From Kudoa neothunni (lineage: Eukaryota > Animalia > Cnidaria): a stretch of DNA of 64,000 bases. Shown here piece by piece: positions 1 through 11,951 of this stretch (its first letter is position 1; each line of letters opens with the position of its first letter). The stretch spans positions 445,912 to 509,911 of the forward strand of contig OZ199840.1 in assembly GCA_964304625.1 (NCBI GenBank), given 5' to 3'. Under the pieces are notes generated by a model. The model was given only the letters and a program-made list of their open reading frames with translations, made no database searches and had not been told where the DNA came from. A program made the translations under genes and the position numbers.

Positions 1-793
1 TACATCGGACGGACGCAATCAAAATGCCTAAATAGGCTTTTAATGCGTCCATTGTGATCATCTTCTCATCCATATATTTATTATTACACAAGCAATATTT
101 ATTCGTGTGATACAAAACTTTTTTATGCACCACGTCTGAGAGGAACAATGAGAATGAGAGCCAGGTTTAGCATTAACCATATTGTAAGACCTTGTGTTTG
201 TCTGCATTCTGTTTGTAAAATCACATTCAAAATTAAATTTTGAGATAGATATTTCATTAGACACTTCAAAATCGTTAAAAGAATCCGAGGATTGAGTAAT
301 ATCTTTCTGGGCAAAAGAATCCGATAATTGTCCTTCAAACTCCAAATCACCGTATTTCATCATCTAGTTTATTATCATTTATTTAGTCTTCTGAATTTCC
401 GAAGTACATTATCTGATAAATTAAATTTAACTAAAATGGTGAATAAGTTTTAATACTTTTCAGCAAACGACACGTGTAACAAAAATTCAGAAATCATTAA
501 TCTCTTGATAATATCCAAACGAGAATCAAGGTTTATTGAGGCTTAACACTGCATAACTTAGTTATTGCCATTTATTGATTACTTATTAAACTTTATTAAC
601 ATTCGTTTCTATAAAATTAAAAAATAAGACTTATTTTAACTTTTTGTCGAAATTTTTTTATTCTTTGCAAAAGAACCGTAATATTTGAATGAAGAATACA
701 CAAAGTATGAATTTAATACAAAATCAGCTTATATGAAAAAAAAGAAAAATGCATAAAATGGAACCCCACAGACCCCGCATCGTCCCGATAGGA
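1..793 (-). mobile_element. piggyBac-like element end with decayed transposase N-terminus (truncated by window edge)
   Basis: Ends ...CGTCCCGATAGGA followed by TTAA (794-797). ORF 58-363(-) has an acidic N-terminus and TRSYNMVNAKPG, like piggyBac transposase N-termini. The paralogous Kunitz-3 flank (~25876) has the TTAA without the insertion. Confidence 0.6.
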
Positions 794-1069
794 TTAATAG
801 GGTAAAAATCTATTTTAATTAGTCAAAAAATAGACAAATATTATTCAATGGTGAAATTTACCCCACTCGATTTTATAAATAATTTTACCGGCTATAGTTT
901 TTAATATATTTAAACGCTCATAAAAAAAAATTATCAAAATAAAATCCATAAAGATTTCAAAAATAATATAGGTTAATTTAAGTCATTTATAAAATCACTA
1001 AAATTGATTATATTTCAAATTAATCAGTAAACATTGTTAGATAGATCGAACTAATCCAGATGGTCAAGA

Positions 1070-2609
1070 TTAGCTAACAATTTCGCCTTCCTCTGCTTCA
1101 GCTTCTGGCTCAACCGTATCTGCTTGACCATCCCCTGCCTCTACAGGATCGGCCGCCCCGGTCTCATTTTCATCAGATTCTGTCGAAGAAATGGTTGGTG
1201 CAGGTTCTTCGTTACTTCCAGAAGCTGTAGTAGTAGTAGTCTCGGTTGTAGTTGCTGGGGTAGTTGTTGGTTCGGGTAAAATAACTGCATTAACACCTTC
1301 AATGCAAATGTAATTGCAAAGGGCTTCACTTTCAAAGTTGTTCGCATTTCCACCAATTCCAGTATACGCAAATTTTTTACACACTTTTTCTGCCTCATCA
1401 TAATACCATCTTGGCAATGTGCTTGCTTCATTTCCGTTACCAGGTTCTTTTGATTCGCTGCATACAGTAGGCATATCCGGCAAGGTACCAACTGTATCAT
1501 TATCGTTAACTTTAAACATTAAATTATATAATTATAAACAATAAAAGAAATATACGAGCAGGGCAGGCACTAATACATTCTCCTGCTGTATCGAAATAAT
1601 TTTTGTTCGAATCTACTTCAATATCAACAGCCAACATTTGCATGCAGAATTTATTTGTGGAATTGAAGTAATATTTGGTTGTTATATGTCCGTCAGTTGT
1701 TGGTTGGTATGCAGCAGATTCGCATCTTTTGGTTGCTGCTTCATCAGCTATGTTTATCTATTTAGTTTCTTTAATTTATTTTGTTTTTACTACCGTGACA
1801 CATCTTTTGACATTGGGAAAATGAATCAAAAACACCACGTAATCCTGTTTGTTTGTCTACGATAGCATGGACACATGTGGACTTTTCATTGTCGCGTACG
1901 ATCTTGATTTCTCTTTCAGCATCAATTGCAGTGGAGCTTAAAATGGCACCCACTTCGCAGTCAACTTTGTTGGGAATTTTGTAAGCTATGTCAGTTGCTA
2001 TTTTCAATTTAAAATTGCAAAAATTAATAATACATTACTTATGCACATGCCCTTGCATGCTTCGACACTCGGAAATGAGTATTTAGGCTCATTACATCCC
2101 TTATATTTATATGTTTCACAAGTTCCTGCAACATTACCAGGGGTTCCTTTTTTGAAGTAATATTTATCGACTGCTGTTTTACTGCAAACGTTAAATTTGT
2201 TGTCTCCATCACTCGTAAGTTCATTAGAAGAACTAGGGGTGTCATTAGCCTGGCAGGCACCAACTCGACTCGCATAATCATATTCAACTAAATTATCGTA
2301 AAAATATGAAATAAGTTGTAATAGTACATTCTTTGTTGCATTCTTCTAAAGATGGAAAATTATTGAAGCTTTCGCCACCGGCTCCCCTGTACAAAAAGCT
2401 TTTGCAAGTAGCTGTAGCTTTATCAACGTAATATCTTCTAGGATACGAATTTAACTGAATCCTGTGATTTTTTGTTATATCAAAATCATATTTCGTATCA
2501 CCTAAAATTTAGTTAAGGTTAGTTTTTTTATATTTTAATTACGAGTGAGATAAGAAAGAGATATGCAGGTCGAGACGATATAGATCAATGTTTGTAAGTA
2601 AATCTTCAT
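1070..2609 (-). CDS. Secreted five-Kunitz-domain protein with Thr-rich stalk and acidic tail, copy 1 (6 exons, ~441 aa)
   Basis: Exons 2609-2543, 2501-2328, 2287-2039, 1997-1794, 1747-1556, 1509-1070, joined by 40-46 nt phase-1 GT-AG introns into an open frame. Signal peptide MKIYLQTLIYIVSTCISLSYLT. Kunitz signatures RYY..CKSFLYRGAGG..NNF...C and RWYYD..CKKFAYTGIGGNANNFESEALCNYIC. Confidence 0.9.
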
Positions 2610-2979
2610 GTTTTTAATTATCTACAACCTCTATCATATAAGGAGGATTAAATATATATTATATTATTCGTAAATAAATTTACTGATAATTTTGACAATA
2701 ATCGGTGTGGGTATTATATTCACAATGAATCGATTAACCCCATCGTTTGAATACATCAATAACAAAATAGGTTGGAGTTAGTCGGTAATCATTCATGTAC
2801 TAACTACTAAGTATCTAAAATTGCCGTAGTTTGTATTTTGATTTTTTATCGTTAAATATGATTATTCGTTTCTATTTTATTTTTTTTTTATGAACAGTGT
2901 AAATTAAATGCTTAGTTTTTAGGGAAATCATAATGATTACCAAACCATAATCGACCGATTTTTTAATTATAATACTTAA

Positions 2980-4900
2980 CCTTTCGTCACACGCGCAAAA
3001 AACTTTATGCGGTTGCACGCATGGGGTCCATTGGATCCCATCAAAATGAAACAGTGATTTAATACTAATAAATATGGAAATCAATTATTTTTTAAAACAT
3101 ATATTGCAAATGATATTTAAATGCATTTTACAGACAAATTTTGATCACGTCTAACAACTTGTTCTCGGTTTTTATCATTTAGACGGGCACATAAATAGTA
3201 TCTTCTGTCAAGGAGAAAGCTTTTTGTTCCATATTGGGAATTATTTGGATTTCTACTAAATTTAAGTTCAAAAAATTTGATCAATGTATGAATCTTTTTT
3301 ATTCAACTGAGGCTCCATTAATTGCATATTCAACGACTTTAAGAACTCCTTCCGTGGAATCATTTTATCGGCCTTCACGCAATATAAACATACGCATTTA
3401 TTGCTACTATATCTAGAACTGAATGAAATATGACATCGTGCCATTTTTTTGTAATTCGATAAGTAGAGTAGTTCCCACATATTTGATCTATTGTATTAAC
3501 CCCATCTTTTGTTGAGTTGTAAAAAGGGACAATATCTGATAGCTTGTTAGGTTGGTTCAAATCAACTGTTGACTTGTGGTGCAACGAACTCAACAGTGTA
3601 ACGGCTTTGTTTCTTTTGGGGACATAAGACACTAACGTTAGATTTTTTTTAAATGCAAAAGAAGATGAGTATTGTTCACGTCTTTTTGAATCCAAGAATC
3701 CAGGAGGTATTTCCTTCTTATTTTTTCTAATGCTACCACAAGCAGTTAATCCATTCATTAATAATTCCTGAACAATGGAACTGATGTAAACCAGTTTTTA
3801 ACAGTGATGTTTCTTCCTGAGACCAAAATTGGTTGAATTGGGCACATCACTTAACTATGGGGAGAGTTGTCAACTTTATATGAGGCACCATTGGGGGCTC
3901 ATAGGTAAACTTCATTATTAAGAGTGTAAAAAGTTTCAGTATGACACAGGTTAAAAATCTCAATCCCATATTTCGTTGGCTTAGAAGGCGTATACTGCTT
4001 AAAAATACAACTCCCAAATTATCTAAGCATTTCAAGGATCGTCAATTATTCGGTGGGTACGTAATATTTTATATAATTGTAATTTATTCGTAGAAGAATA
4101 TCTCGAATTTTTGATATTCTATCTTGATTATTTTCATTTGAATTACTTGAACTGGTTGAAACGCATAGACATCTTTTTAACAAGAAAAATCTGTTATGAT
4201 TGAATATTTTTATGCAAATTGGAAAACTAAAGTCATCATCTGCTCATAATTCATTCAAATGGGTAAGATAAGCTTTCTTCACACCAAAAAAATAATGCAA
4301 ACCAATGTAAGCTTTCAATTCACACATATCAAATGCCATACAATCCTGCGATCGATTGTAATTTGGTTGGATATTTCGAAGGTAGAAATTGATACATTGC
4401 AATATCTCGGTTAATATATTCTCAGTAATAAACAAACTCCAAATTTGAGACTCAGATTCCATATTATCAGGAATTTTTACTCAATGTTTTTCTGTTATGA
4501 TGTCGTGTTTTCTCTTTCTTGAAAATAATCCCAAAGGTTTTGAGCTCCATTCAAAGTTTTTGGAGTTTAACGTATGCTCGCTATCATTTAAACCTTTTAT
4601 TTAAGAGATATTTATTTAGTTTATCATATTACCTTTTGATGATACATCATAGGTTGAATCATTGCTTTTTCGTCATAAAAATCAGAGTGAGTATTACTCG
4701 AGTGTCCGAGTCTGATTAAAACAAACTATCAGCATCATCCTTTAAGAATTTTCTAAAAGCCATAGCCTATTTTTATTTTGAATAAAACGTAAAAAAACAT
4801 GAATTTTTTTAATTTTAATGTTACCATGTAGAACACAACGATAGCTATTCGCAGATTAAAATCATTTAGAGTCCATCGGACCCATGCGTGTGACGGAGGG
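2980..4900 (-). mobile_element. Decayed piggyBac DNA transposon
   Basis: TIRs CCTTTCGTCACACGC / GCGTGTGACGGAGGG, flanked by TTAA (2976-2979) and TTGA (4901-4904). Frameshifted transposase fragments (GSIRKNK, LVSYVPKRNKAVTLLSSLH, FYNSTKDGVNTIDQ). Confidence 0.9.
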
Positions 4901-5034
4901 TTGATATAGATAAAATACACATTTTCCCTAATTAATAATTTTTTAGATTTATATATAAATTGTTTAAAAAATATAACAAAAATAATTTATTTAAATATAA
5001 TCTAATTTATATCATAAAATAGTGTATATATTAG

Positions 5035-7240
5035 TTCTCCGATGATTTTTGGGTAGAATCTACCCCGATGAGATTTTAAAATTCATATATCTCCTTATGT
5101 TGGAAATCTTGGCTTGTAAGATTCTATGCATTCCTGTAACATACAATTCTTTTTAATTTTAGAGTAAAATACTTTTTAAGTACTTTATATTAAAAAATTT
5201 ATAGCATATTTATCTTCTAAAGTACGTTGGGTAGAAATTATCCCACGTAATTTTTTACTTTAAATTAAAAAAAATAAAAAACTCTTTTAATCCATATATA
5301 TATATATATATATAATGTTTTTATAACCAAAACTGAAGTAAATTTACATATCTTACGGTAGGTAACTGTGATTTAATCTGCTCCATTAATAATTCATTAA
5401 AAATCTGTTTGTCGTAATTTTATATTATGGTTAGACGCATGCAAATAATTAAATATAGCTTTCAGTACAAAAACATTAATCTTTGGGTATATTTATTTTG
5501 AACAATCTAAACAACTGTTTGAAGGATGTATCGGATGATAGAATTTGTAGCATTTGTGGTACCATCTTGTAATTTTTTATCATTCTTTCGAGGACAAAAC
5601 TCCCATCGTGCTCTTTTTATGTTTACAGGTGGTTCCAGATGGGGAATGTTTGCTTTACTGAAGTTCATTTATGCTGATACATTGGTAGAATGTTTGGCCA
5701 ACAACGGTTTATACGGTTGTTCTGCAATCTCTCTTAGGAAGGTTCGTCGATTATTCTATTCACCAAATATTTCTTTATACATTGCAAAAGCATTTACCAA
5801 TGACAAGTCGACTATGTTAAAGAATACGACTAGGGACCATCTTCTTGTAAATCGACGAACAGAAACCGATACGAGCATCCTGTCGACATTATCTACGTCA
5901 CCTTTAGTTTTATTATAATCCAACATTAATTGAAATTTGAATTTAAGCTTTTCTCCAGCAAAGGAGTTATCCTACGTGCCTGAAATTAGAAGAATCACAG
6001 ATTTTCCTTTTTTTGCCACATATGGTAACAGCATATATTGATCGTGACACGGAAAAATGACGTAATAAAGATGCCTTTTCTTGAAGGTTGAAGACAGGAT
6101 GGTATCTCTTATTTCTTCTCATTGCTCCCAAAAAAGTCAACTTTCTTTCCAACAATTACTTCGCGTGAGACATCGATGAGAAGAAATTATCAGCGACAAC
6201 ATTTCGGCCAGAATCAAACAAATGAGTTATGAGATTGAGTACGAAGTTTTTACCTACGTTAGTTTTTCTGTTCGTCTCATAATTATTCTTTCCCAGGTAA
6301 ACGCTGGCATTACAACCATAATTGGCGATTGGATCAACCAGTAGAAAAGATTTTATATCATATTATTCCAGCGTCGTGGACATATACCGGCGAATTGGAC
6401 ATCTTCCCCGGTACGGAACCAATTGTTCATCGACAGTAACATTCTCGTTCGGAGCAAAACATTTAGGTAGTACGTCAACCTACTTCTCCCATATATCACG
6501 AATGACACAGAATTTGTCCAACCGTTTACGTTCATCGCGTGTATTAAAATCATCGAAATGCCGTGCCCGGGAAATATGTTTAGAGCGTTGAAGTAAAAAC
6601 AATTGCCAACAGATTTCTCTTCCTTCTTTCTGGCTGAATAACTCACTTATATGCTCCTCTCTATCCTTATGGGTGGCCATGAGGATTAACAATCCTAAAT
6701 ATCTCCTAATTTCTACCAAATCAAGATCGTACCATTGGCCATTGAAATAATGTTTCCCAAACATATTTGTAAACAAAATGATTTAGTTACTGATTTCATC
6801 ATTCTAAAATAATAACAACCCTCCCAAAAATGTTTTTTATTTTTGTTTGAGCATAGGCGTGGATACATTTTATTCTTCGAACCTCTCTTTGTTGGACTAG
6901 GCCTTGAAGTATTCCATTTAATAGCATCTTTATCCCTAAGAATGTCAATGCCAACGTCGATTATTTCTATTCGGTCTGAAAATTCTTCACCTTCGTAAAT
7001 TTGACCTTCGTACTCACTTCCGAAGAACAGAATCCACCATACAAATCACCCGGGGCGCTCACCGAAAAAACACACGCTTGTGCACGCGCCAACAATAAAT
7101 ATATCACTTTATGGTGAGGTTTAAACTAAATTAGCCGGCTGGAAATTTGTTAGATTCTAGTTTTGAAAATTTTGTAATATGTTTCATATTTTAAACGAAA
7201 AAAATAGTTGGGGTATTTTTTTACCCCAAAGTACTTTACA
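5035..7240 (-). mobile_element. Decayed piggyBac DNA transposon (second family; ends approximate)
   Basis: Minus-strand fragments EIRRYLGLLILM, RHFDDFNTRDER..DKFCVIRDIW, VTVDEQLVPYRGRC, RNVVADNFFS, LTFLGAMRRNK. Subterminal GGGTA..TACCC palindromes at ~5050, ~5228 and ~7209. Confidence 0.8.
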
Positions 7241-7921
7241 TGTACTTTTTTTTTATGATGAAGATGACTATTGGCGCGGCAGATTAGCATCACATGCTCT
7301 ATAAATTTATTTCAAGTTGATATAAAATTAAATTTAATATTTCAAATAGAATTTTAACGATAAGTATATCTATCAATTAAGTTTCATTGAAGAAATACTG
7401 TGAAACCTATTTGGACACGGATAGGATCAAGATTTCCATTATTACACTCGTAAAAATGATACTCTTACATAAACTAATGTATTTATGACGCATTGGTTTA
7501 ATAAGGCTTAAGTTTTCTATAAAAATATTAACATCATATTTACATATTCTGTTGAGTTAACTATGTGTTACGTTTACCCTTAAAATGCATCTAAAAATAA
7601 GTGTTGAGATATATTCGATTATACTTGAGGAAATAATTAATAATTATCCATATCAGTTTGATAATTTATTGATATTCAATCTCTATAAATTTATTCGTAC
7701 TAATAGGTTAGTTTACATAATGCATAACAAACAAAAATTTATATAGTCAAGCAGTAAAGCAACTCGACAAAATTTGTGCCAAAATTATGCTCGTTATTTA
7801 AATAAATTAAACTTTTAACGTTATTTCGAATGAGTAAGTAAATATCTCCATCTGGTGTTCGAAAAAATATTAATTATATTTCTGTATTCATAAACATGAA
7901 GCTTATTTAATGTTGATTATA

Positions 7922-10165
7922 CAATAGGCACTCGATTTTAAGTACTTATTTGGATTGAAAAAAAGTACGAAAAATCCATCATTGCGGATTTTTTGTACTT
8001 TTCAGAGCATACGTGTCTTAAGAATCATGATGGTCGGGGAATGAGTTAACTGATTTTTCATGAAAATTTATCTCACTTTCTATTTAATTTAATATAAATA
8101 ATTAAAAATAAAAAATAAACCAGTTTATTGTTATCACTGATATGAGTCAATTTAATTTTTTTACAGTTTAATTGACATTCAACATTTAATTCAAAGTCTT
8201 ATTTATTTTATGTATTAATTTTCTTTATAATTTTATCTCTGTGATTAAATAAAAATTTATACTGTTGTAAATTTTGAGCTAAGTGATTTCGAATTAAATT
8301 ATTGTAGTGACAAGAAACGATAGTAATGGTTTTTGATCTTACCTCATCTATTTTTATCAATTTTGGTAATCAATAATGAAAAATTGTTAATAGGTACCGA
8401 AAAATAACTGAGAAACGACTTTAAGAATCGCGTTTGTGGGAATAATTAGTTATCTTAGTTCGGCTAAATTTTGTTGAATAATATTTTTGATAGTGTACTT
8501 TCCAGCTTTATGCCCAAGTTGTTCTCATCAATTACATTATGCTTTACGAAACTTTAAAGTTTTTGAATTGATTCTATAACTTCCTTCGAAGAAATATCAT
8601 CGATTGGTAAATCTTAGTATATATCATCATCATAAAGGTTCTTTTATCTTGTCTATGTTACTCTATAAGTTAGCTGAATCTTCATTATTCATAGAAAATT
8701 ATTGTGCTCCTCTAGAATCATCTCGACAATTTCCGAATCAATTTCTGTTAGTTCATGGAACGTAATTTCATGATTTATATCTTTACCGTTAGCAGAAGTC
8801 TAGCTTTAAAACAATTTAATATGGTCTTATTGCTAATAGAATCTCACGCTTCTTTAGTTAAAAATATAGATTTCAGATAATCTGGAGAAGTTGGGATAGG
8901 ACTAACTTCTGTGAATGCGAAGAACTTTTTTATAATTTCTCTTTTATATGCCTCTTTGAACGAGTGGATAATACCCTGATCTAAAGGTCGCAAAACACTT
9001 ATCGTATTTTTAGGAGGAAGAACCATTTTTATATTTTTTTATATGGCTTTAATTGTTGTGAAAATTAGAAATTGCATTGTCGAACATAAAAAATTTTGTT
9101 GGAATTTATTCAAAAAACCTATTTAAACCAGTTATATATTTTGTAAACATATAATCACCCATTCATGCTTTTTCGTGGTACTCATACTTTAGTAGATTTT
9201 ATACATTTTTGGAGCATCTCGATTTAGCAGAATGCCAAATAACCTAAGGATCGAGTTTCTTACCAGATATGAAAATATGAAAGCACCAAAGATGATTTTT
9301 ATTCTTTTTTTCTCTTTTTTATTCGTTTATGGACATTCTGCTTAGTTGTGGCATAGCTCTTTCCTAAAACTATGGAAACATATACAAACAAAATTTTAGC
9401 TCGTTTTGTTGATAGTATAACGCAGTTTCGTCGATTTTAAAAATATAATAGGATGGACAATCCTTTATTATATCTAATAACATTGGAATCCACTTTTAAT
9501 TGTTTCGCTGTCAGCGATACAAAAATTCATCATAATTTTGCCATTTAGGATTTAATATTGATTTAAACCCTTTAAACTTGAACCGTCGGTTATCGATGAA
9601 TCCAAACACAAATTATTTGAGCGCAATCCTCTCATTTTATTAATCATGTCAATAGGAATTAGATCTATTTTTTGAGCGCATCAAATTAATCCACTTAAAA
9701 TTCTCAGAATCAAGCTCTTTGTTGATACTATATTTCAATTTTTTTGGTGAAGCTAGCCCACCTTCGTGGGATTTCATTATTTTTTGTTTCTTATTAAGAA
9801 TGCCATCCAATGAGGAAATTGTAGGAAGTTCAAAATGTCGAACAATAGCACCCTCCGCTCCTTTAGTAGGCGTGTTCAAAAAAATTCGACTATTTCAAAT
9901 TCTTCCTTAATTATTATGCTTTTTTTATTTTTTGTGTCATCTGAAAATTACGAAAAACCCGCAAGTTCCCAGAAAAATTCCAAAAAAAATACGTAAAATC
10001 CGCTACGATGGATTTTCGTATTTTCATCATCTTTTCTTTATTTGTAAATGTTTTTTAATTAAATTTTAATATGATATTCTAATATTACATCTTTACTTTT
10101 ACAGAAACTTTCAGATTAAACGAAAAACAAAAAATTAAAAAATACGAAAAATCGATTGCCTACTG
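7922..10165 (-). mobile_element. Decayed pogo/Tigger (Tc1-mariner superfamily, DDE_1) transposon
   Basis: TIRs CAATAGGCACTCGATTTT / AAAATCGATTGCCTACTG, preceded by TA at the left end. Inverted subterminal repeats at ~7971 and ~9996. DDE_1 motif LPPKNTISVLRPLDQGIIHSFK at 8844-9026 and CENP-B-like HTH fragment at 9649-9879. Confidence 0.85.
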
Positions 10166-10512
10166 TGTATAGTAGTTTGTATCTATGTTTTCTAAACAAA
10201 AATATTATCTATCTTTGATTAGAGAATTCATTTCTCCGCTTGATTAAATAGTTTAAAATTTAGGGGTATTCCTAATTAACATATTGGTTAAATTCGAAAT
10301 TTTTTTTTCAAGTGCCACGGTTTGGCCACTCCTGATATATATAGTAGATCTCACATATGATACTGAGGTGTGAATAACGCGATATAAATACACAACAATA
10401 AAAATAGCTTTTATGACCGCGCTTATCTGTTCATAACAGATTTTATATCAATATTTCCATTTCCATCAAAAAGTTTAAAGCAGGTTTTTACGTGGAAGTG
10501 TATATATATATA

Positions 10513-11442
10513 TCTATTTATATACAGAAGCGGTGTCTGTTGAATTTACTTAGCGCTGATAGAACTCATAGTTTTTAGCCGTAACACAAATGAGATAATC
10601 TAATGTATGTTATGACATTTTTTTGCAATTTTATTTTGACGTACATCGATTTTATCGATAGTGCCCGTAAGTGTGCGTGTGTACGCACAACTCCCCCCCC
10701 CCCTTACACAAAAACTTTATTTAATATTTGAGGTTATCTATGTACTTTAAAAAATACTAAATTAACTAAAAAAATATAACGGGGTTTCCTGCTTTCTTAT
10801 AAAATGGTGAATTTGTAGTGTAAACTTTTTGTAAACAGATTAGCGCTGATGATAATGATATTACTACTACACGTGATTTGCTAATGTGTTCAGTGTTATG
10901 TGTAGATAACTTTAATTTATATTATTTAAATATATTGAAACTTTGAAAGTTTACTCTTTGCTACTTTTGAACATACTTAAGACGATCTACAACATTCGTT
11001 CGCGCGTAGGCGGGGACTCGGTGTAAACGAAGAGTTTTTGTTTAAACGGGAGATTAATTCAGATGGAAATTTGTTTATTTTATACGTTTAATTATAGATA
11101 AAAAGTTTTAAATATTTTTAATTAAACATAAAATGATGTTAGAACGTTATAATTAAATAAAACATTGATAACAAATTTTTAGATTAGTTCATCGACGGGT
11201 TAGTTAAAGTGATTAATACGCGAAATGAGTTGTAAGAACTTGCGATTCCTAAATGAAAATCAAGTCCAATAATGAAGAAAGTGAAGATGATCGGGTTATT
11301 GTTGTTTATATCGAAAAAAACTGTCGTCGCAAGAACGATAAAATTATTATTGACTTGAACTTAACATGACCTTGGCTTACTCAAGGCTTTAGTCTGGGTG
11401 GCCGGGCAAGGAAGCCAACGTGAAGGGGGATTTTTGCGCTAA
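10513..11442 (+). mobile_element. Putative non-autonomous Helitron-like element
   Basis: Begins TCTATTTATATACAGAAG..GTGTCTGT and ends in a GC-rich tract then GCGCTAA. The last ~75 nt recur at 16620-16695 ending in CTAG|T. Confidence 0.4.
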
Positions 11443-11951
11443 TATAGATATAATAATTATTTGAGAAAAACTAGAAATTACTATTTAATATTTTTTAGGT
11501 TACGTTCGAAAAATTACTTAGCTAACCCTCTCCAGAATCCTTCCGCATTGGTACATTAAACAGTAAGGGCATAGGTTCTTTTAAACAAGATTTTGATGTA
11601 TCGAGGAATTGATCAATTTAATTAATGTTTGGAACAATATTAAATACTCTCTATAACAAATAATATTACCTTCATTTTGTTACAACTTAATATTTTACTT
11701 CGATATTACCCTAGGAAACAATGTATCACGAAGTTACTTTTAGTTCCATTAAAAGTCATAATTAATTTATCAGAACCATATAAATTAGATAAAAAAATTG
11801 GTTCAGATTAATTTTTTAATAACTTGAACAATTATTGTCTAGTCTGAGTTTTTCTATCTGACAATGAATGAGTCATTGTATCCTATAATGATTGAAATTC
11901 GGGTCAATTGTATTCCGAGACATCAATAGTTAAGTCAATTAGTTGTCAACC

